From Negaprion brevirostris (taxonomy: Eukaryota): a stretch of 64,000 nt of DNA. Below the pieces are notes generated by a model. The model saw only the letters and a program-made list of their open reading frames with translations, did no database searches and was not told the origin of the DNA. Positions within the stretch are counted from its first letter, which is position 1, and every line of letters starts with the position of its first letter. This document shows, one piece after another, positions 27,701 to 39,700 of this stretch. The position numbers were made by a program, and so were the translations under genes. The stretch lies in the NCBI GenBank assembly GCA_030324005.1, contig JARDVH010000133.1, positions 33,923,430-33,987,429 of the forward strand. The letters run 5' to 3'.

Positions 27701-30700
27701 CCTCTCATGAATGTGGAAGATTGTGGGAATGTGGAACTGCCTCCATGGAGCTATTCTGTACCTTCCCTGGACAATGAACAGGATGACCCTGGTGATCCTG
27801 CTTCAAATATTGCATCACTTCTGTTGGCTAAACTTGCTGATTATGTTGTACCAGGTAAGTTGTTAGCTGGACAATGACTAGTAATGTACAGCTACATTGG
27901 AAGAGAACTTTTTCCATTAAGTATGAATAATCTGCCTTGCCCCTCTCGAACCATTTTAAATCTATTTACTTGTCCTTGACCTCGATTTGGCAAGCATTTT
28001 TCTCTTGCACTTCAAAGGTCATCAGTTTGATTTAGGCAGTTATTTGTATAACAATAAAATATGCAAACTCTGTCCCTTTATGGTAAGAAATTATTTATTC
28101 TATGAAAATCAGTGGTTCTGGTGTGTTCTTGGTTTTCAGGTGATGTGGAGCATAGTGTGTATTTTTGTACTGAAAGAACTCTCTTCGGGCAACAATGATC
28201 TTCTGGCTCTGGAATGACATTGTGGCAAGATCAGGTGCTGAGCTCCAGGAGATTTCTGCACTGTCATTAAGAGCAGAGCTGTAGAAAAAGGGGTTACAGT
28301 GTTTGGAGCTGGTGTGGTATCATTGTCACCATTACTGGCACAAGTCCATGATTAGTGTCTTTTTTAACTAATTTTGTGGTTTTAGCCTCATGATTATGCA
28401 AGTATTTTAATTCATAAACATGAAGAATCTGGACATCTAAAAGATGCTACTTACCTGAAACCAAGATCTCCCTCTAAGTCCTCCTTCTCCTGAGGGCATT
28501 GTCTTGCTGGTATAAGTTTTTTTTTGGAATCAGCTCCTCCAGTGCTCTCCATGGTGGCCATTCTTTGTTTGTGTGTCTTGGCAGTTTAGTATTCGGAAGC
28601 TATTCCTCAAGGGATCACAGCTGAACCTTATCTGATCTTGAGCTCAAATTTACACATGCAGACTCTGCAACAATTGATAAATTGTTGATCAGGGCAGTCA
28701 TGGTGTTTTCTTCCTTTCACTAACCCAAATATGCTATGGAATGGTGTAAAAATCGAGCGGCCACCATCATAGACTAGTTTGTTTATTGAGGTAAATGTTA
28801 AATCTTGTAGTGGGAATTACTGTTGGTGAGACATCAAAAATTGACTCTGCAGTTCTGTGGAATGATTTTGATGGGGCTAGAATTGAATAGTGTAAAATGA
28901 GGAAGTGACGTAGTTAAGTTTTTGCCTTGTGTTCACATAGCTTCAGTAGTCAAGTATTCAGGAAATCTGGCATAACAATGGAGCAGTATTGGCCAAATCT
29001 GTTTGTTTTGGAAGCTGAACATTTAACACTCTGTCCTCAGGGTGTCAAACTGTGCTGTCTCCCAGCACATCAGAAGCTGGTTCTTCCTTTACAAAATCCA
29101 GCCCAAAGAGCTCAATAAAAACAGAAAAAGATGGTGGAGAGGAAAGCGAAGCAATAGATGGTAAACTGTCGATATTAATACATAAACGTGAAGATCAGTC
29201 ATCCCATGAAGTCCTTCAGCCATTACTCAGGTAGGTGCAGCAGTAATGTTCTCCTTTTCCACCACCTATTTTCTCCTCCCCAAAAAGATATTGGGTAATG
29301 TCCATCAGCACTAGCTATTCTTAAGCATTTTACCCTGGAGGTTTCATGCCCCCAGATTTCATGTAAGCTTGGACATGGAATATCAACGAACTGTTTAGCC
29401 ATTGGTTTGGGGCAAGAATTACAATCTGTTCCAATCCCATCCACACACTTTCAGCCTGTCCATGCAGAGATATCATCTTTGTTTGAATTGAATGCCCATT
29501 ATGTCATCAACTAAAATCCACACTTGCCTACTTTGCAGGATGAAACAGAAGTAGCAACCCTGCTTTTTCCCCCATAATAGATGAGAGACTATAAAGTTGA
29601 CCAACCTGAGCTGAGATGTGGAGGTGTAACAAAAGGCCATTAATTGAATCTGGGAGTTTCCTCCTTTAAATCATTCAGATTTTGTGTATGGCAACACGAT
29701 GGCACCGTAGCTAGCACTGCTGCCTCACAGCTCCAGGGACCCGGGTTCGATTCCCTGCTTGGGTCACTGTATGGCGTTCGCACATCCTCCCTGTGTCTGC
29801 TGTGTTTTCTCCAGGTTCTCCGGTTTTCTCCCACAGTCCAAAGATGTGCAGATTAGGTTGATTGGACATGCTAAATTGCCTCTTAGTGCCCCAGGATATT
29901 TTGGCGAGAGGGATTAGTGGAGTAAATGTGTGGGATTATAGGGATAGGGCTTGGGTTGGGATTGTTTCAGTGTAATGATGGGCTTAATGGTCTCCTTTTT
30001 CACTTTCAGGATTCTGTGATAACCCTCTGTGATTACCACTGCAGTTGTTGGCAGTGGTTCATTAAATTAGGACTGCTATGTGAAAAGGTTTTGTATTAAC
30101 TTGGGATTTCAATCCAAAATTAGACTTAGGCTAAAGTGGTACCGTCTATCACTCCCTGAACAACCTAAGATCTGCTGAATGATTTTTTGTGGCTGTACAG
30201 AGTAACATAGCATGTAATCGTCTGTATCAGCTGGAAATGCAGTACAATTGTGAAGTAAAATGTTCAATTATGCTTTTACATCATTTCAACCCTTTCCTTT
30301 GTAGCAGTTCAGAGGGGCGTCCTTTCCGACTAGGCACTGGAGCAAACATGGAGAAAGTGGTGAAGATGGATCGGGACATGACGAAAGTAAGGAATTATAA
30401 GAATTTAAATCCAGTTCAGAGAATTGTAAAAGACCCTGACAATTGTAACATCCTCAGCATGGACTGGGGATCGCTTATGGGTCTTTCAGTATCTTCATGA
30501 CTCATCTCGCATTCAGCAAAACCTTTGACATCAGAAAAATTTAACTTTTACCTATGGACTGAAGCAAATCAGACCAGAGTAGTTGTGTGCTGAAAGAAAT
30601 ACTGTTCTTCAATACTAGTTTAAATCTTTTTAACAAGCTAATTAGTTTCCTTTGATGTAAATATTTTCTATTTATTAAAAGTACAAGTTCCTGTTCTGAA

Positions 30701-33700
30701 ACAAATTGCTATCCAAATGTAACATTGTGAATATTCTGTCCCAAATGGACATTAACACTCAACAAAATACTTTTCCCTTTTTATTTTGACAAAAGTTAAG
30801 AAATCAACTCAGTGGATCAACGTTAAATTATAAATAACTCCAACCTTTCAGCTTGCCTGTGGAATGCCTGTTTCTTGTTTAACTTAAGTAGAATAGTGAT
30901 TTAACATTCCATTGGCAAAATATACCTGATGGAGCACACTAATTATATTTTTGTTTTGCAGAGTGGGTACTGTGAAGTTATTACAGAAGAAGCAGCTGCA
31001 GCCTTACGCAAGGCTACCAAATGGGCGCAGTCAGGGCTAATTGTAAGTGTGGGACCACCAGTGGAGGCTACAAGTCAGGAGGCTACTAGTGGACTGACAA
31101 CTGGTGATAAGAAGAAGACAGCTCAGACATCCATCTGCAGAGAAAAAAATGCAGAACTTGCCAGGTATGAGATGGAGAGAGACAAAGGAGAAGTAAGACC
31201 AGATAATGAGGGAGTGTGCCCTTCTAGTATGGGTGAGAATTAAACTGTTCAAGCTCTGCTATTGAAGAATATCATTTTTTTTAATTGTGAAGCTAGTTAC
31301 AGGACTAAGATCTGGAATACAGAACACAGACAAGAATGTAGAGGCGCTAAAGTTAAATTAGTGATCAGATGACAAAAGTAAATCAAAGACCGGTTGCTTT
31401 GAGGTAGAAGAGGAAGCTGAGGGATGGAACAAAGTATACAGTTTTTAAGTTCCTGAGAATTAAGTTGCTGAGTTATAATAAAGATTAAAATTTAGTCATC
31501 CACCCTTGTATTGTTAATCTAAATTGTTATGGTTTCCTATGTTACAACAGTGACTCTATAATCTAAAGTGAGTAAAATATGACTAAGACTGGAAATCTGA
31601 AATAAAAATAAAATGCTTTAAATACCCAATAGATCAGACAACAAATGTGGAGAGAGATACTGTTAACACTTCAGGTCAATGAAAAGTCATCAACCTGAAA
31701 TTTTAGCAAAATACTGCAGCTAATAGAACTCTGAAATAAAAACAAAATGCTGGAAAAAACTATCAGATCTGGCAGCATCTGTGGAGAAAGAATCAGAGTT
31801 CAAGTTTCAAGTCCCTATGATGTCAGAGCTGAAGAGAGGTAGAAATGTGGTGTATCATATACTGTACAAGAACAGGTGGAGCAGAGTGCAAGGTCACTGA
31901 TAGGTGGGAGCTAGGAGCGTTTGCAACAGAAATGTGTAGGGCACAACACAGAAGAAGCTTTACTGGAAGTGTGAATGGCTAAGGAAGGTCATGATAGTGA
32001 CATAAAGGTAAGTTAGTGGAATGTATAAGCGGAAGAATTAGGTCCAACCTTGCAATCAAATCCACTGATAAGGGTGGTGCCATTTTGAAATACTGACCTC
32101 TATCTCCGCCAACTCTGAGACACTTTCTCAGACACTTCCTCATACTTCCCCTAGACCATGATCATGCCATCAAGCCAGGACTGAGTTTTCCGGCATTTTC
32201 TGATTTAATTAACTTGAAATTTTAGCTCTGATTCTCTGTGCACAAATCTTGCTTGATCTTCTGTGTGCTTCCATTTTTTTCTCTTTATATTTTGCTGCTT
32301 TAAGGTATTGTGTGGTTGAGGGTCTCAGACAGAACAGAACAACTTGATTTTTGATTTTTTTTGGACTTTTTTTTGACTACCTGCAGAACTGACCCAGTCC
32401 GACCATTCATTAGCGGCCATGTGGCAAACAGCATGGCAGCAGAGGTGATTGCCCTGCTGCACAACTTGCTGATGGCTCCTGAGTTCAGCACTGCCCAGAT
32501 CTGGACCACCACAGCAGAAAAAGTAAGTAAAACAAAAAATATGCTCATAAGCCTAGAATTTAATTGGAAGCAAGAATTCTAACTTTGTTTTCCACGTTTT
32601 TAATGTTATTGATACTTTGAGCTAGTTGGCGATGGTTGTTATGCACCCTCGTACTAGTAACTAACAGGCTTTTCTGCGACAAACTATACGATGAGGAAGT
32701 GCAGTAAAAGGCTGAATGTGAAATTTGATTATCTGCAAATATGTTTTTAATTCAATGATGGTATGTTTTAGCTTTGCCAAAATCATTAGTAATTGGTTTG
32801 AGTACCTAATTGATATTTCATAAATTTTGGGTCATTAATCCACCAGTATAGACAGTAATCTGCATGTTCAAGTGAATGTATCAATGCACTCCCTGTTATT
32901 AACTTTGACTTAGGAAACAAACAAATGTCTGGCTCCTGTAATTTTGCATTTTTGTAGTATCTCTCTCTAATATTTTTAAAATGGGAGAAAATGTAGATCA
33001 TGTGTAAGTGTGATGGACAGTTGATTGGGTAATCAAAGAAGTTCAAGCAAGAACACTCACCAGGTTGGACCAAGTATAGAAGGATTTTAATTTAGTTTCT
33101 GCCCTTCTATATGAGTGTTGTTTTAAGGTGGATAATTGAGTTTCTGGTGATATCTTTATTCTTTTGTCATGGCCTTGAAACCATGTATGGCATTTTCTTG
33201 CATCTTGCTGCTCCAGCTTAAGTTTGTCCACGATGAGCTCCAGTACTTCTGACTGCTGATTTTAGAATGGACTTGATGTTTTATATTTTAGGATTTTGTA
33301 AGCTGGAATCCTCAGTTTTGGTTTTCAGTTTATTAAATGCCAGTTGCACTGAAAAGATACCATCAATCTTAATTATACATTGGCACAAATGTCAGTTGTC
33401 TTGTTGGCGGAAACTAACAAAATCTATGGAACTTTTGAAGATCAGCTCAGCATTGAGCAGCTTCAACATGATTCTGTTGAGAGTCTGTAGGCATAGAAGG
33501 AGGAGGTAGGATCAAGGCCGTGGTGTTTTTGGAGGTGCAGGGTGCTAGAGTTGAGGTAAAAGTGTTTTCATTTGTGACAACAAGTCTTCCATGTTTTCAT
33601 GTTCACTTCTGATGTGCATATTTTCAATTCTTGGATCTTTCCTGTCATTTATCTTTAAATTATCCTCAGCAACATCATTGGTATTCAGATTTTGTTTGGG

Positions 33701-36700
33701 TTTATCNNNNNNNNNNAGTTTCATTTCTTGACAATTTTCTGCCATGGTTGATGTGCTGGCAAGTTGGCTTAAAGTTGGACAATACTTGCAGCTCAACATT
33801 AGCAACCCTAAAGCCTTGGGCCATCTGTAGAAGCACTATGCCTCAGAACCGATTCCATTCTCTTCCTGCAAGCCTAAGCAACATATTCAACGTCAAAAAG
33901 CTTCAGATCCTTCAGACTTCTTCACCAACACTTCTATTTCCGTTTGCACAAAATTACTTAATTTTCCTACACCAGTATTCACTTCTGCTGAATTTNNNNN
34001 NNNNNAGTGTCCTCTTCACTGGCCATAACTATTGAACTCAATACAAAATTCAGCTCTTCCAAGAATGCTGTCCACATGCTACTTTACTCAGTCTTTTCAT
34101 TGCACTCTTTGGTCAGTGACGGCCATCCCATTTCCATGTGCAGGAACACTCACTTCAAAAGCTCACCTAATTATTCATGATCACCTTTTAACAACTACCT
34201 CCACATCGTCTCCATACCCTAATTATAAATTCTTTAGAGTGTTTTGTTATGTTAAAGGTCTTACGTAAATAGTTCCTTTTTAAGTACTTACTGAAATCCT
34301 GTTTCCCATCGTTCAACAGGTTCTGTCTCGAGCACTGATGTACATCCCTCAGCTTGGTAAATATGCAGAAACTGTCCTGGAGAATGGAAGTAGCAGTGGG
34401 AGGAAGTTGGCAAAACTACAGGCTATTGGGCGACAGGCAGTGGCAGCACTCTGTGCACTTGGGGGCTTCAAAGAGACCATTAAAATAGGATCTGAAGTGC
34501 AGGTAATGACCCATTGTCCACACGTTTTTCTCGTGTGTCCATGTGCAAGACTTCCATTGTAAAATTAAATTTTAATAGAAATTATGCATCCAAACTGATC
34601 TTGTTTTTTTGTGAGCACTTTCAGAAATTGCTTTGATATTTCAGTGATTGACGTCAGTAGTGAGGTGATTCATTTTACCAGAAATAACTTCTCCCTGGGC
34701 ATAAGCTCTGTAGATGAGCTGAGGTAATTGGAGGCGTAGGTTACGTGGCATTAAAGGCAATACCCAAAGATAATAAGGCTGTTTTTAAAAAAAAGAACAA
34801 GGGGGTTTAAGGGTTATAGACAATAACGGTCAAAAAGTAACAATGAGGCTGCACAAAAAAAAAATATCAGTGAAGCACGATGGAGTAATGTGCTCCTTGT
34901 TGGAGGAAAAATTTTAGTCCTCAGTGGGAGTTCAATGTAGATTTGCAACGACAGTACTTGCAGTAAGGAAATACAAAATATGAAGATTTGAAATTTTGGG
35001 TTGTCTGTTTTGCTGGAATATCACTGATTCTGGGATGATATGGGAAAGGTATTTAAATGCAAAAGGGTGGTATATATGAAAACAGATTTTGTATTTCCAG
35101 TAGTTGAAGCATTAAGAATGCGGGGGCACAGAAACAAGATTAAATGTAAGAAATTTAGAGTGGGGTCAGGAGAAACTTGTGCAAAATCATGAGGCTGTAA
35201 AATTCACTTTGCGAATTACTAGTTGAGTCAGAAACTAGGTCAAGTTAATAAGGTTTGATTAGGTGTATGAAGGATATGAAGAGGTATGGAATGAAGATAG
35301 CTAAAATTGTGTTGGAGTATGAATCAGCTACGACCTAAACAAATGGCAGGACAGATTCAATGGGTGAATGGCCCCCTGTTCCTATGAAGAAAAAGGATTG
35401 AAGAGCTATTGGAACAGGGTTGCTAAATTTGATTTGGACTTGTTTGTGGCAGGTGGGGGGGAGTGGTCTGCTGGCATCAAATTGCATTTTGTAGCCTTTT
35501 TCTGTGTTATAAACTTCTAATTTTTTTTAAGAAGCTGGGAATGCAACATTTTTGTTTGCTTTAATCACGTATAATGTACTTTAGTTTTAGACATGAATTA
35601 ATGTTTTCTCTTAGGTTTCAGGGAAAGGGATATCTGGAAGCATTGGAGTGGTGACCTCTATTAATGAGCAAGAAGGTATTGCCACAGTCCGACTCCCCTT
35701 GTCTGATTTTCGAAAGGCTTCCAAAGCATCAGACACGGTGACTGTTCCAATATCAAGACTATGTACTCCACGATGTGAGGTTAGTTGTTTATAGAAACCA
35801 GCTGTGGAGTGGGACTGCTGACAGTGAAATGGCAACCATTTAAGACAGTGCTTCCCAAACCATTTTCTACTGTAACCCCATTTTCATTCTTCACTGTTGG
35901 TGTGACCCCACAGTGAAAACTGGGGTGTGGCAGGAGAGAGTGTTTAAGCAGGGTAAGGGTTCAAGCAGCAGGGATAAAAATGCAAGAAATGTCTAAGACA
36001 CATTTTGGAGGCAATTGGGCCTTCAAGCTCATTATATTAGGCCATGCCTATAGGCAGAAATAATTATGAATATGTAATATGTCAAATTTGAGTCTCCTTT
36101 CTACACTGGTCATTGCTGCTTCAGAGTTTGTGGCCTACAGTTTGGGAACCTCTGAATTAAGTTGTTTGGAAATATTGATCTCAGAATAATCTGTTAATTG
36201 TTATACTGTTACATGGTTTTGACAGTGACTGTAACAATGCATTCTATTGTACTTCTGTGGTGTTTGCCTCCTGCCGGATACAAACTCGTCTGCCAGATTT
36301 TGTATGATATCCTGTATTTAAATCCTGTGCTGCAAGATCATCTTCTCCCACTGTTTTGTATTGATTGCTGGCATCTCTCAGCTGCATTGTTAGGAACCAC
36401 ATCTCATCCCCTCCATCTCATTTACTTGGATGTGTTAATTTAATGTAATGTTAATGGAGGATGAGATGTTAAGACTGTAGTGGTCCTCATCTCTCTCCAT
36501 TCCCCACCACCTTCTCACAATAAAATTGTGGCTTGTTTGAAAGTCTGCTTAATTCAGGATGATGTAAACAATTGAAAGCACATACAATGTGTTTCATGAT
36601 TTGTGCAGTAAAAATTTTAGACAATTTGTGTCTGTTGTTTTGAATAACTTGAGTCCTCATTCAACCCCAGAGTCAAAAGACTATGGTTTCAACTGGGAGT

Positions 36701-39700
36701 TCATCATGTGGTGCATTCCTAGTTTTATCAATAAACTGACACAACAGCAGATGAATATTGGTCGATTTTGGAGTGCCATCGGTTCCACACTATCTTGGTT
36801 TGAGGTCATTGAATGCTGTTGAGATGGGGAAGAAATGACATGGGAAAGAAAATGGGGGCAGTAGTGTCCCAAAAATGGCCTTAATTGCTTAACAAAAAAA
36901 ATTAAAAATTTGTGATACCTTTAAAAGTTGTGCCTTAACATGTGCTTTGATTTTGTTTTTTAAATGTACTTTTTAGGCCTTGCCTTTGCATAAACTGTCC
37001 ATCACTGAGAAAGTAGTCCAGGCAGTTCAGTCCATGTTGCTCCCGCAGGAGGGGAGTCTCTCTATTCTCACTTCACTCCCTGCAATTGGTGATGGTTCCA
37101 CTCCTGTGATGGCAGTAGTGCGACTTGTAGCTGAAATAAGGACAAGGTAATGTAACCTGGCTCAAGTTATGTTTTTTGTTGCATTTGTCTTTGGTTTTAC
37201 CCTGTTCTTGGCAGATTATAAAAAAGTTTTTTTTCATGAAACAATTTGTTGTGCCATATTTGAAAAGCATCCCTCTCAAATTTGAGTTCCTGACCAACAT
37301 TGTTTACAAGGAAAGAATATGCTTAAAGATCTTAATGTTGATTGGCGGGACCATAACTGATCTGTAAAATTGCTTGATGAATTTGATGTTTTGGATCTAA
37401 GCTGTTCATGTGTTTGAGTGATTTCTGTGCTATGTATTTAGACTTTATAATTTAACTGAGGTGCCAATTGCCAAGTCAAATTTCTTAAAGCCGTGTATAT
37501 TTCCAGTAACCCTGATTGAACAAATGATCAACTTTCTCTTAAAAGATTTTGCCTGAAGTATCCTTAAGATTTCAGTGCATCTGCGGCAAGCATGCCGAAG
37601 TGCTGGCCAAGTCAGCGAAACCCATATCCAATGAAAGAATAAATTTTAAAAATGGATAATTTGTGCCAAAATCTTGGTAGCTTTTGAACTCTAGTTGATA
37701 AGGTTATTGATCCTTTGTGGAACAGTTTGTATAGTTGCGCAACTAATTCCAGATCATGTCCTTGTGAAGACTTGTGCAGTTTCATTGACAAAAAAATCAA
37801 TTGATCAGCAAAAAGGAACTGTTTTTAAATTTGAAGTAAGGACAGCCAAGTAATTGAGGAGAAACCTTCAGATTCCGCATCCCTGCCTTACCAGACCTCC
37901 ATTATCTGAAAAAACTAACTAGGACTCCAATGTTAAGTCCATCAGAGACCTGGGCATATTGGATTAGTGGTTTTAAGTTCATCTAGTATGTTTTATAAAC
38001 TGGATGTGCCAGTACATTCACCAATTAATTTATTGTTGACAGTTCTATTGTTCTGTGTTGATTCAGGGTGCGTGACTTTTACCAAAAAAGTTTTCTGCTA
38101 TAGTGACTCGGGGCACACAACAGCAGTGTAGAATCTCTATAGTACAAAAGGAGGCCATTTGGCCCATCGAGTCTGTACCGACCATAATTCTACCCAGGCC
38201 CTACTCCTGTAAACCCACGCATTGACCCTGCTAATCCACCTGACACTAGGGTCAATTTAGCACAGCCAATCGACCTAACCCACACATACATTTATAAGTA
38301 TTATAAATGTGAGAAAATAGGCAATTTGGAATTCTGGGACATCATCACTAAATGTTATCTTCTCATTATATTTAACTTCTGTCCTAAAGAGACAGAACAT
38401 GCTGATTCACCCATTACGATAAATGGTGAGTGGTGCTGTAACTTCAGTTCTTGATTACATTGGTGTAACTGACAATTCTGTTACTTTCACAGAGCCTGCT
38501 TAGTGATGGCCCAGTTACTGGAGGATAGTTTGTTCTGTGAGGAGTTCATTCAGCAGTGTCCAGCAGCAGTAGAGGTCCTAAACCTGGTGGCACAAGAGTG
38601 CAGCCCTGGTATGTATCATTGTTTTAAACTGTGGTTAAATGAAGTAAATTCCGAGTGTGTATTTTCAGAAACACGTGTTTTTTGCTAATATCTTCGAGAT
38701 ACCATGGGCATGGAGCACAAAGCAACCACATGAAGTTAACTCTTACCAGCTAATACCGTATGCAAAATGTTACTTAAAATTGAATAAACTCTTGAATGAA
38801 ATCCGCACAATGTAGATTGTGTGGGGTGGAAGCAGGTTCAGTCATGACTTTCAATGGAGAATTGGTTAATCATCTGAAGAGAGAAAAAATTGCAGGGCTA
38901 TGGCAATAGGCAAAGGAGTGGGACTAGATGAGTTCCTGCAGAGAGCCAGTAAGGGCATGAATGGTCTCCTGTGGTTTTAGCTATTCTGTAGTCCTAAACC
39001 AGAGGTTACAAATCTGTAACTATCAATCACTTCCTTCTCGAGACTTACGACATCACTAGTCAATTTTGTCTTATGACATCTATCAACTGGTCAACTTTGT
39101 CCTTTTGATTCTCTTTGTGCTATTATAATTTAGAACATAGAACATTACAGCGCAGAACAGGCCCTTCGGCCCACGATGTTGCGCCGACCAGTTTTTTAAA
39201 AAAAACACTCCCCAATTCTTCCACAACCTTCCTATAGTGAGGTGAACTGAACGGCAAACAGTATTCCAAATGTGGTCTCACCAAGGTCCTGTATAATTAC
39301 AGCATAACGCCACGGCTCTTAAACTCAAAATCCCCTGTTAATAAACGCTAACACACTATAAGCCTTCTTCACGGCTCTATCCAATTGATTGGCAACATTA
39401 AGAGATCTGTGGATATGAACTCCAAGGTCTTTCAGTTCCTCCACACTCCTCAGAACCCTACCTACATTTTGACCCCACATTTACTGCTTCAGTGTCTCAG
39501 CTCACCTGTTTCCTTGTGGATAGATGTTCTCAAAGGTGTCGGCAGATCCTGATGGCTCACCACACATTCAAACACAGCCGCACTCAGCCAGGCTTGTGTT
39601 GAGATGTTTAATTTGCTGATCACGCTGTCAGGATCCGCTCCGGGCTTTTCGGCAATCTCTGATTTTAAATACTTCTTGTCTCGGATCCAGGAAACGTTAA

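Noticed and set aside
38390-38425. Possible 36-bp microexon with a strong GTGAGT donor
   Set aside because: In the required phase 2, every nearby acceptor gives an in-frame stop, and the downstream intron would be only 67 bp.
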